A stretch of 64,000 nt of DNA from Haplodiscus bocki (lineage: Eukaryota), in contig OZ296653.1 in NCBI GenBank assembly GCA_965655095.1, forward strand, positions 70,432,001-70,496,000, read 5' to 3'. Position numbers and translations under genes: made by a program. The notes beneath the pieces are model-generated. The model saw only the letters and a list, made by a program, of their open reading frames with translations. It had not been told where the DNA came from and searched no databases. Positions 1-11,100 of this stretch are shown piece after piece; within the stretch, counting starts at the first letter, position 1; the number at the start of each line of letters is the position of its first letter.

Positions 1-3000
1 AAGAGACAGAGACCTATCCGACAAAAAGTCTGGCAGTGTTGCAAGTGACAGGTGGTAAAGAAGCGATGGTTGAAGAACACGGGGATGTGAATAAAGAGTG
101 TTTAATTGTTGGCAGTCAAGAGTGTCTCTAGTCGAGTAGTGACAGGAAGTGAAGGGCTGGAGAAGTTTTTGCGTGATAAACTTGAGTCATTCGGTGGTGA
201 AGGAATAGAGAATATTGTGGAAGTTGATCCTGCTGGAGTGCTTGAATTGTTGGATGCGAATTTGATGGATCGCGGTAATACAGGTAGTGGTGTGGTAACT
301 GTTGACGACGAAATTCCCAGGAGTCGGCTGGATAACATTTTACGTTCGGAGTTGCGAGAAAAGTCTATTGGTGGTGGAAGCAAGCGGCCATTGTGTGATG
401 TGGATATTGGCGTGGCAGATGAACGACGTTCGAAGAGTGTTGCATTTGAAATTGATGATGCAGGTGGTAGATTGTTTTCTGAAAGATGTACTTTGGTTGG
501 TGTGTCAGATGCTGGTCAATCATTCCCAAGTAGTTCCCGACCGGATGACACAGATTATGGTACATCTGAGTTGGAATCGATTGCACGAAGGCGAGTTGGT
601 GATTTGAGTGGGGGAAGGGTTTGTGAGACTGCAAAATCAGATGTTCCAGGTTTTTCTGGAGCTACAGTGCAGCCTGGTTTGGGTGCTGGGCGTTCAAAAT
701 ATTACCCCTGCGAGTCTGCAAGAACCCTGTTGAAAGAGTGTTTTTCCGATAATCCACCAGTAAAGTTAGATCCTCATCAGCAATTGACTGGACTGTGTTC
801 GGATCAAATGATACAATTTGCGAAGGCAATCGGGTTAGAAGTTTCGTTGGCCACTTTTGGAATGTTGGAGGATGTGCTTTTGAAAATCGGCAAGAAGACT
901 GGAAGGAATGTTGGTGAGAAAGGAAGTGGAAGGTCTGTTTCGCTCTGTAGGTCAGGGTCTACTGTCATGGAGAGTGTGGCTTCACGTTCGTTTTATTCTT
1001 TGCCGACGATTACAGAGTCGTTTGATAGTGATCGTTTGGCGGCTGGTCTTTCGCAGCAACCATGTTCCAGTCGGCAGGCAGATGCGGCTCTGGGCTTCTC
1101 TCGAACAGAAGTGACTGAAATTAACGATACTGACAGCTTGAAAACTCTTGGACAGATTCGTTCCGATGCTCGTAAGAAAGGGGAGTTATATAGGTGGTCA
1201 AGAGAAGGTCGGCCGAACCCATTTTTGCCCAGTGGGTCGGATGGCGGTAGGTATGTTTTTACTGAGGAGATGCTGGAGATTGCCCCTTTTGCGAAGATCT
1301 TTGCTACTGGACCCGAAAATCCGTTGGAAAATCGGCATTGTTTTTATTGCATGATTCGTAGGAGGAACGTCTCGATGAAGTCTCGGGGCTTGTATGAATT
1401 GAAGCGACATTTCCAACGGGAGCATCATTTGAGGGCAGATCAGAGGTTCCGTGCCCGGTATCATCCTTCAAAAATACGTGGGTCAGATGGGCGTACTCTG
1501 TATGGGTCTATGTTGGAAGCTGAGAAGGAGCTGTTTATGCATTTGGATGTACCGGAATTGGATCATAAGCGTCCGTTCTACTATGATGTCGTTGAGGGGA
1601 AGCCGTTTATCTTTACCTCGACAAGTTCGCGGACTTTGATACAAATTGAACTGCTGTTGATTTTTCTGAGAGGAGGAGGCCAACTGTGGACATTGGAAGA
1701 ATACTGGACCAGGGTGGGAGTGTTGACGAGTCATTCTGCGAGCACCGCTGACTTCAATTAGAGTTTGAGCTATGTTTCTGTAAGTATATGAATATATTTT
1801 GTTATAGTCATAAATGGGTAATAGTGCCGTAGTTTGTCCATGGGTCAGATGTACGTCGGGGTGGGTATTTTGACTTTATTTTAGTTGTGATGTTTCAGGG
1901 ATTGTTGCATCATCTGTTTCTGGAGTTAGTGAAACATGTGTCGTCTGTCATTGCTCGTGAAGGGGCATATTCAATTGAGTTCTCTGTGGGTTCACATCGC
2001 AGGACGTTGAGTGTTGGGTTTTGGGAGGGCAAGCGTTTTGTGTGCATGCCCATGTTGTATTGTGGAAGAGATGTTCCGCCCACAAAGATTTATATTGATC
2101 TGGTTTCGCGATTGCTTAGTGCCATTTCTAGTGACGCAACAATCATTTGTTGTGGTGGTTCAAACGTCGATTTTTGAAAGTCCTCGATAAAAGTCCTGGT
2201 CGGAAGGCGGGCGTTCAGTACCCTTCTGCATTGGCCCCTGTGCAGTTTGAGCGTTTGCTACGCAAACCCAGCTTCAACGTAATGGGGAGAATTTATATGT
2301 GTTTGATGCTGCGTGCTCTTCTACTGAGTCTGAATGGACTCCTTGATGAACGCTGGGTGCAGTCAACGCAGTACTTCAGAATGGTACATATTGGTAATGA
2401 TTCCTCTGGTTGCCTTAGTAGTACAACTGTTGAGTGGTAATTTTGCATTGCAGGCATTGGAGGATGGGAAGTTAGAGTTGTCCACTGCATTTCTTGTGGT
2501 TCAGGAAATGATCGCGCAATGGCCTCAAATTGTCACATACAGCAGCAACACCAGTCAGCGTCAAGAGTTTCAGCATGTGGAAGGAAGGGTGGGTATATTT
2601 TGCGTATAATTACATATAAGTAATCAGATGTTGATGGGTTTGCATTGTAGGGTCAAGCATTTGATAGTCAAGTCACTGGGGATCCCTACTTCGAAGCTCG
2701 TCTGGAACTATTCAAAGTCATCGTTCAAGACTATCGTGAAGCCTTCAAGCGGTCAACTGTGCCCAGTCGTGACCAAGGGTTTTTCTTGTGCGGCCAAATG
2801 TGCGATTTTTTGCATCGTCTGCTGCGAAGGATCGCGTCGCGGAGTTGTCTGCCTGCTGAATGAGATTGGGATGCGTTACGATCTTTTGACTTTGCTGTTG
2901 GTGAGCTATTGGGCATCCCTGAATTCATGCAGAAGACGGAGTTTCGAGCGAAAGTACTGAAAGTTGCGAGATCAAAAACTGATGTAGAACGTGAGCGTGG

Positions 3001-3919
3001 AAGGAAGGCAAAGTCTGATGTTGTTGCGAAGACGGTGATGGAGAATCGTTTAATCTTTTTATTGACCAGGGTAGACAATATATTAAATACGTTGCGAAAA
3101 AAATTAATGAAACACCCCACATTTAAGTCAGACCCGGTTATTGGTTTAGCGTGCTTCGACTATTCAATACTGTTCAAATTGCCAAAGACTGTTGCTGTTG
3201 ATTGTTACCAGCATTTGTTCCGAAGTTTCAGTTCACGGGGTTGGGTTGCACGAGAGCTGCGAAACGTCAACATTGACGATTACATAGAATTCATAGACGA
3301 TGTGCGACATGTGTATCTGGATGAAGTGTGTGTTGGGCCAAGTGTTGAGGACATGGTTTCTTTTCTGTCATCATGCCCCGAATTGTCACGTAGGGGGTAT
3401 ACTTGGGATTTATTCAAATTGTGTTGTCTTTGTTTGGGACATGTTGCCCCAAAATTGCCTGATGTTTCGCTTGGGTCGAGCAAGGTTGGAGTGACCTGTG
3501 TTGACTTGTCGTCAGTCGTGGAGCCAATACAAGGATATCTGTTGAGCGGTGATGCTGAAGGAAACTTCTTCACTGATCCTGGGTCTGTTTCGTCCTGTAT
3601 GGAGTTGCTGGAGACCTTTAGTGATAGTGCATTGCAATGTGATTACAATCCTTGGGAATCTGTTGACGTTCATGGTTACGGAAAGATTCGAGCTGAGCTG
3701 GAGAAGTCGTTTAAGGCTATACGAGTTGCGAGTGATGTGGAGTCTTCTGCGTCTTTGAGTGAGCCAGTATTTGTCTCAGAGAGACTACTCGAGCAGCGTC
3801 GTCGTCCTGGACAGCGTCCACGAATTTACATTAGTAAAACTCCTCATAGTGGTGTTGCTGAGTTGCTGGCTGGGAAATTGCGATAAAAGCGCAAAACTTC
3901 CAATGCAGAATCGTCTTGA
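1..3919 (+). pseudogene. Spliced gene encoding a BED/C2H2-like zinc finger plus degenerate hAT-transposase-like protein; 5' end outside window; antisense to adjacent Gypsy pol
   Basis: Three phase-0 GT-AG introns (1780-1898, 2384-2453, 2589-2650) join ORFs 106-1761, 1887-2177, 2147-2440, 2334-2609 and 2909-3886. Few lesions: TAG 1759, frameshift near 2150-2175, TGA 2861, TAA 3884. Zn motif HCFYC...LKRHFQREHH. ATTAAA at 3926-3931. Confidence 0.7.
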
Positions 3920-4123
3920 CTTTTAATTAAAGTTGCCGTTCTATACTTTGTTAATTTTTCTTCTGTTGCTTTGTTGAGTGAATTCCGCTTTGTTGATGGT
4001 ATTGGTATTTTTGTATATGCCCCGAAAAGAAAAAAGACAAGAAGATAATGATGTGTGTGCAAAAGATAGAATTAGAGAATATAAATGGCACACGAAAGGG
4101 GCTAGAATAAAATTTTGCACACA

Positions 4124-7100
4124 TTAATATCTGTATATCTCTGAGTAATTGGGATTGGGATTGGGGCGTAAGTTGTATTTACCGCCTCTAGAGTAATCAG
4201 ATTCCTTTTTGGGAATATTTTCAGCTGTTGGATTGTTGCTGTCAAGCGTTGAAGAGGTGTCACTCTGCATTGATGGTGGCTTTGTGACAGGTTTACATGT
4301 AATTTCAGCGTCGGTGATTGACTCATAAAAGTGTTAGGCGTTATCGTTGTGAGTTAGGTCAGTACTGGTCTCAATGTCTTTACTTTGACCATTTGATTTA
4401 GGCGTTAAAATTCGGGTTACTGATGGGTTAGAGATGGGGCGTGTTTCCCTGTTTTGACCGTTGCTTGAATCGTGAAATTAGGAACGTGGAACAATAACAG
4501 TATCTGGTCCCTGTGTATGGCTATCATCAAAATCAATTGCATTAGGGTCGGTATATATGATAGGAATATCAAATAGGTGTCCACCAAATTCCGCTTCCCG
4601 TGCAATTGTATATAGATCCTTTTGTGGGACAACGATATTATCGTCAACTTGCCATTGAATTTCCTGATAGTTGTCTTCAGGAGGTTTTTCAGGGTTGTAC
4701 TTTCGGAGGCGGATTCTGTGTAGGATTTGAGTTTTGTTTGTATTAAGTTTTCGTACAATGTAATTGTTGTTTGGTATTACCTTTTCTACTAGGTAGGGGC
4801 CAATCCATCGGGAGTCACGGATAGGTATCTTTGACCCTTGGTGGTCCGCTTTTGGTTGAAGTATAAAGCAATAATCTTCTTCTTTTAAAGGTGAAGCTTT
4901 TGCTTTTTTGTCGTAATACTTCCTGTATTTGATATATGACTGCATGACGTTTTTCTTGGTTTTGTCATATAGGATTTTAGTTCTGAGAAATAATTCTTCT
5001 GCAAAATCTGTAGTTGGTGTGATATCAGGGTTAAAACGTAAGCCAAGTTTGTGATCTAGGATGTTGTGTGGGACTTGGCCATGGAATACTCGGCTTGGTT
5101 CACAATCGATACTAGAATGATATGTTGAGTTATATTTCAGGATTGCAATGGGTAAATATTTGTGCCATTGTTTCCTGTATTCGCCTGATGCCATTTTTAA
5201 AGAAGTCTTGATTGTGGCATGGGCCCGTTCTAGGACCCCGATAGTTTGACCGTTTTTTGTTTTGGCATGTTTTAAATTTATGCCCAATATTTCAGCTACC
5301 TCGTGTATAACTTGGGAGACGAAAACGCTTCCTTTGTCTGTTATAATGAGTGTAGGTAAGTAGGCGTGTCTTGTCATGATGTCTATTATGACTTTCGCTG
5401 TGTTAATTGCCGTGGGGTTGGAAACTGGGTAGGCAAATGCGTATCTCGATAATACATGAATTGCCGTTATGATATTCTCATAACCCCCAATTGGCGGTAA
5501 TTCTCGCAATAAGTCGTTTTGCATGAGGTCTTCCGGTCCTAGATCCCATTCTGGGATGTAGATTAATTCTGGGGTGATTCGTGTGTTGTTTATGCGCTTG
5601 TCTTTAATGCATATTTCGCAGTCACGAATCCAGTTTCTAACGTATGTTGCAATGGAAGGAAAGTAAAACTTCTGACGGATTTCTTCCATCATTTTTGAAA
5701 CGCCTGGGTGTTTACCGGCTGTTCCATGTAATGATTGTAATAACACTTTGAGTAATTGTCCGAGCAGAAGGACCTGTAAGTGACTGACTTCACCAATATC
5801 GTTGTAATATTGTCGGTAGATTATATCATCTCTGATGATTATACACTTTTTGTTTCTGGAATAATGCATGTAACGTGCGTCGTTTAATAAAATTTGTTCG
5901 TCAAATGGTAATCCCAACATTTCTCGTTTGAAATTGAGTAGTGTTGGATCTGAATCTTGTTCAATGAGTATGCGTGATGGTTTCGTTAATTGTGCTATGT
6001 TCACAATTGTTGTGTCTTTGTGTAAGTCATTTGCGTAGTAACACGACACTGTGATGACTGCTGGATCGCTAGGTATGGCGTTTCGTGCTTCTTCTTTACG
6101 TTTCCGAAGTCCTTTCTCTGTGGTCTCTAGTTGGTTTGTTGGATCAAAGAAGACCGTTTCTTCTTGTGCGATGCCTGTGGATTCAATGTTCACTTCAATT
6201 GGTTTTGTTGGAATGTCTTCTCTGATTTTAAAAATTATTTTTTCGTTTGGATCCATTTCTAATTGAGATAAGAAATCTGCTGCAGTGTTCATGTTTCCTG
6301 GAATGTTTGCGATAGTAAAATTGAAATGTAGTACAAAGTCACATGCATTCCATAGGGCTGGAGGAAGCATTTTTGTTTGGAAGAATCTAGTAACCGATTT
6401 GCTATCTGTCATGATAATCACTGGTTTGGTGGCACCCCAAAATATATGTCCAAACTCTTTGAAGGCCATGTAAATGGCTAAAAATTCTTTTGCGTAAACG
6501 GATACTTTGATTCGGGATGATGAGTGTGTTTTTGAGCCATAAGCTATGGGAGCGTAAGTTTTGCGTGTTGAGGTGTACTTCTGGTTAGGATCGTCTTCTA
6601 TTAGCACTGCATAGCCAGCTGCTTGAAAGCTTGCATCGGTCATGAGGACCAGTTGTTTACCAGGTAATGGTTGACGTAAGGCCAGTTGGCAACAACGGTC
6701 GAGAGCTTCGTTTATTTCCCTGAACTCTTTCTTGATATCAGGGGTAATCGGTATTTTGGTTTTGGCGTCAGTTGTTTTGAGTAGTTGGAAGAACGGTGTG
6801 AGTCGTTCTGCCAATCTAGGTGTGTAATTTCGGCAATATTTCAAAAATCCGATGTACCTTTGAAGTGCTTTCTTGGATCGTGGGAATTTAACTTTTTCAA
6901 GGAATTTGGTGATCTTTTGTTTTTGTGGGGCAACTCGCTTGGTTGTTATTGTTCGTCCAAGGAAGTCTACTTCTTGTACCCCAAAATGGCATTTGGCCAT
7001 GTTTAGTTTAGGGCCAGCTTTCCGCAGGCACTGGAAAACTGCTCGTAGATTTTTGATCAATTGTTCCAGGGTATTGGCGGCTATGCCAATATCATCAACA

Positions 7101-9304
7101 TATTGTGCACATTGATCTGCTTTGATTACTGGATCGAGGTATTCGCGTATGAAGCTCTAAAATGCTGATAGCGAACGGCTAAGTCCTTGTGCCAATCTTA
7201 GGCACGCAATTGTTCTACTTGCAAAGTTGAATGCAAAGAGCTCAATTGATTGCTGGTCGGCCATTTGAAAGCAGTGATATGCCTGGGAACAATCAAGTTT
7301 GCAGAAAAAGTTTTTACCAGCCACATGTTGTGCTGCATCTGTCAATGTGCTAACCGGATGATTGTTGTTGATGTAATAATCTGCAATAAGCATATTAATT
7401 TTGCGGAGGTCAACCAAAAGGCGTAGTTTTCCATTTGGTTTCCTTTGTGCGACAATTGGACTAGCATATTTGCTGAAGGGTAGTGTTGTGATGATTCCAT
7501 ACTTGTGTAATAGGGCTAGTTCCACTAGGATATCGTCCTTCAGGTTGATCGGTGCAGGAAGGCTTTGACTATAAGCAGGCCTGTTGTCTAACGGTGTGAG
7601 TTGTACTTTGAACTCTGTATTGATACCGATGTCAAAGCGGTGCCGTGCAAAAATGTCATGAAATTCCACAAGTAGGTTTTCAACGGCTTGTTTGGCTTCC
7701 AGTTGTAAAGTAGATTCTGTCCAATGGAAATTGGATAGAAACTGGTTTCGAGAGTTGATATTTTCAAATGGATTTAATTTTTCTAATTGTTCTAGTTCCC
7801 GTAGCTCATTGAGAATACGTGTCTGGATGGGCGTGTGTTCCGTTTCATTGCCCGGGTTTTGTGTTGTTGGGAACCAGTAGGTTTCGTTGACTTCGTTATC
7901 TTCCGATGTCTTCAGAAGGCTGTTTATATAATGATTAGCGTCGTCATGATTGCTGTTCAGAAGCTGCCTCACTGAGATAGGGTTGACTGGTCCAATGTGT
8001 TTTGTTTGTTCAGGAGTTAATATTGAGAAATTCGCAATGTGCGTTCCTTTCTTTAGGGTGTAAGAGTGGTCTAGAAAATTGCTAATTTGGACCATATGTT
8101 TAATATTTTGGGTTGATGAAAGAGCTGGACAGATGAGAAGATCTTCGTCGTTCTCTAGAAGTGGCGAGGGTTGAATTATTCCTGTCGCTTCGTTATCTGT
8201 GTAGATCTGTGACTTTACCCAAATTGTGGTTCTTTTTCCCGGTTGTACTGTGGTTTCTACTGGGTTTAGTGGAGGTTCAATGACATTTGGGTATGTCCGG
8301 TCTTCATTTTTCAATTGCATTGAAAAGAAGGGAAAGTTCAGGATTCCTTGACGCATATCGAGTATGATACTGTTGCGTTGTAGGAACAAATGACCGATCA
8401 AATGACTTGTGAGAATTGTCATGACTATGAACTTTTCTCTGAATGTAATGTCACCGACTTCGAATTGCAATTCTACTGTTGCAATAGGTGCTTCTAACTG
8501 TCCATTGGCAACCATAATTTGGAACTCAGGTTGTGGGCCTTCATTTAATATTGTGTGTGGAGCCAGTAATCGGATTTTGCGTAAGTCGGCTTCCAGAATG
8601 GCGCTTGACAAAGCACCCGTATCTATGAGCCCGTCAATATTTAACTCCGCGAAATCCATTGGAAAGTAAAGCATTTTTCGCTTATTCTTTAATGGCAAAT
8701 TTGTTGAAAGCGGGAGAAACCTTGTGAGTCCGTCTGGTGTTACCTGGAGCTGTGGTAAAATTTGGTCATCAATGACTGCTGTGTGCCTTTGTTGGTTTTG
8801 TGGTCTCGGTCGAAAGTTTGGTAATGCTGATGTATCAGGTAAATGTGGGTTCACTGTCCACAAATCTATCAATGCATATCGTAGTGCGTCTGATACGTGT
8901 GCATCCGTAATTAAGTCATCACTTTCAATTTGGTTTGTAGGTTTGTTGTAAGTATCTTTGTACTCCAATTTGTCTTGGTCGTATATTTCTGCATCCCAAT
9001 AGGGGTCAAATCCATATTGAGGGTCAACGAAGTATGCGTCGTATGCAACGACTTCTGGAAGGGGTCTAAATTGAGTGTCAAAGTTGTCTGTGTAGTCGTA
9101 TTCGTATGTTGGGAAAATTTTATGGATTATGTGCATATTATTATATCTTCGAATGTAGGCTTTTTCCATTTGCTGCTGCCAGACAACCGATGGAATTCCT
9201 GTGCTCGACGTTTGGTGAGAGTGGTATATTATGGTGGGTGGGTCAGTTATAACGTATTGTCTCACTGATGTGTAATCTGCCCATTGGAGTCGTGGCTTTT
9301 TTAG
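4124..9304 (-). pseudogene. pol: Gypsy pol polyprotein (protease, RT, RNase H, integrase with GPY motif)
   Basis: LIDTGA at 8615-8623; RT LRLLVDLR, KLDCSQAY and YVDD (7091-7102); RNase H MTDAS...EFLA; integrase HHCC, ITDKG, LERAH and WIGPY. One in-frame TAG at 7157 and frameshifts below 4478. C-terminus GGKYNLRPNPNPNYSEIYRY* ends at 4124. Confidence 0.95.
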
Positions 9305-11100
9305 TTTAAAGAGTTTTTAAGAATTGATGAAGGTCCTGAATGGGTCAAGTTTCGTTGTTCCTGCCCGTCATTTCTATTTTCTGGGTTATATTCTTGTTTG
9401 AACCGTTTGAGTCTGTTTGCTGCGTTGGGACCGCTCCAACACTTTTCTGGAGGGTGGTTTGTCCGTTGGCAATGAGGACAAGGTGGAAAAGATTTGGATG
9501 TCGAAGGTTTTATATTTTGGTTTGAAGGATCATTTCTTTGCTCCTGTTCTTTCCTCATCCTTTTGCGACAATCTCGTATAACGTGGCCTGGCTTTTTGCA
9601 ATAAGGGCATACCACTTTTGTTTGTTCAGTGTTTTGTTGTTTATCGTTTGGGGGTACGGCTGTCATTGTGGGTATTGTCAGCTCCCCATCGTTTTCTAAA
9701 CCACTGAGTTCTAATTCTCTTTCGAGATGTGCGAATATTTGGTCGTATGTGCCATTTTCCAGATAGGCTAAGTTGAGTGATCGTTTCAAATGAGGTGGCA
9801 ATTTCGCGTAGAGTAGACTGTCAATCATGTGTTGGGCGTTGTCACCGAACGCTCTTTCGGCACATTCGTTGAGTTCTTCTAATAAATCGGGAAGTGATTT
9901 CTTGTTAGCATCGAATGTGAGTTTGTGCCATTTGTGTTTAGCTGTAGCTTGAGATTCTGGTTTAACATATTTGCGTCGAAACACAATTAGAACGTCATCG
10001 AGCGTTTTCTTGTTTAATGCACTTATGTTTCTGAATGTTTGAAGTGCTTCTTTTCGTAGATGGGCGTGAAAATGGTTAATTTTCATAGCTTCTGTCATCT
10101 CCGGTTGCATTTTGAGCATTGTGTGAAATAAGTCCTCAAAGAGCTCGAATTCTTCATTTTTGCCATCGAAAATTAGTGTATTTGTGGATACGGGTTTGAG
10201 CATTGTGGCTGCTTGTGGTCGTTGTTGGGTTGCAACCCCGGCAATTGCGTCAGCTAGACGGTTAATGGAATTGTTTGCGTCTGAGCTTTGGTTTCTTGGT
10301 GTTTGTTCAACCACTGGTAAATTGTTGTCTTGTGATACTTGTGTTGATAGGTTTTGATATTGATGTGATGGTGGGTTGCGTGGTGTTACAATGCGTCCTG
10401 TAAGGAACCTGGCGAATTGATTTGTTTGGGCTGTTTGTCGTGTCACCATGTGATGACCATTGCGAAAATTTTCTGAACCTCTCGTCACCATGTCATGGTG
10501 GTTATGAATATGTTCTTTGGCTCCCATCACCATGTGATGAGTGTGTGGTTGCCGGTCAAAACGTGTTACAGGGAGCGACAATTCACTTACCTCGTCTGGA
10601 ATGTTGTGTCGAGTCTCATCATTTACATTTGATACGTCTAGTGTATCATTGTTTCTGGATGCGTTTTCAAGAGAGGCATTAACCCCTACACGCTCCCTAC
10701 GTTCTGAATTTGCGGACACACTGGTCGCATCCCGTCCAGAAGCTGCATTTATTGACCTGACTGCTAGTTCAATTTTAGGAGCAACGATATTTTCAATAGC
10801 GGTCAAAATTGCATTCTGTATCCTATCTTCAACCGTATCTACGATACTACTCAATTCCCTGTCAATCCTTTCGTTAAAACACCTTTCCAAAGTTTTCACA
10901 GTCATTGCACTTCCATTAACAACTGAATCATTATTAGAGGTACCAACGGTAAAGTCTTGGTCATCATCAGTACCTTCATTGACCACAGCATTTTCTAGTC
11001 CCTCGCTAACGGCGTTGCCAATAATCATATCTCGATCGAAGTCATCTAATTGGCTGAGAAGCCTCTTGTTTGACTGTCTTTTCTTACGAGTGGAGACCAT
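9301..11100 (-). CDS. gag: Gypsy Gag with two CCHC zinc knuckles; first ~189 codons lie inside the LTR
   Basis: Open frame from ATG 11100 (MVSTRKKR). Capsid-like FDGKNEEFELFE; CPYCKKPGHVIRDC and CPHCQRTNHPPEKC. Confidence 0.93.
   Translation of the reverse strand: MVSTRKKRQSNKRLLSQLDDFDRDMIIGNAVSEGLENAVVNEGTDDDQDFTVGTSNNDSVVNGSAMTVKTLERCFNERIDRELSSIVDTVEDRIQNAILTAIENIVAPKIELAVRSINAASGRDATSVSANSERRERVGVNASLENASRNNDTLDVSNVNDETRHNIPDEVSELSLPVTRFDRQPHTHHMVMGAKEHIHNHHDMVTRGSENFRNGHHMVTRQTAQTNQFARFLTGRIVTPRNPPSHQYQNLSTQVSQDNNLPVVEQTPRNQSSDANNSINRLADAIAGVATQQRPQAATMLKPVSTNTLIFDGKNEEFELFEDLFHTMLKMQPEMTEAMKINHFHAHLRKEALQTFRNISALNKKTLDDVLIVFRRKYVKPESQATAKHKWHKLTFDANKKSLPDLLEELNECAERAFGDNAQHMIDSLLYAKLPPHLKRSLNLAYLENGTYDQIFAHLERELELSGLENDGELTIPTMTAVPPNDKQQNTEQTKVVCPYCKKPGHVIRDCRKRMRKEQEQRNDPSNQNIKPSTSKSFPPCPHCQRTNHPPEKCWSGPNAANRLKRFKQEYNPENRNDGQEQRNLTHSGPSSILKNSLN
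9304..9310 (-). promoter_or_regulatory. -1 programmed ribosomal frameshift slippery site U UUA AAC
   Basis: Heptamer sits immediately before the gag TAA; the pol frame is exactly -1 and open from this point. Confidence 0.85.
10435..10532 (-). repeat. Three PBS-like TGGTGA motifs at a 42-nt period, each preceded by an LTR-end-like CAT(C/G)ACA
   Basis: TGGTGA starts at 10532, 10490 and 10448; translated as HHMVM/HDMVT/HHMVT within Gag. Confidence 0.7.

Noticed and set aside
106-3886. env gene in the third-ORF position
   Set aside because: Opposite strand; no signal peptide, furin site or TM anchor evident; has a zinc finger and a basic tail instead.
7157-7159. Programmed readthrough stop in pol
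   Set aside because: It lies mid-RT just before YVDD; a single nonsense mutation (SAF*SF) is simpler.
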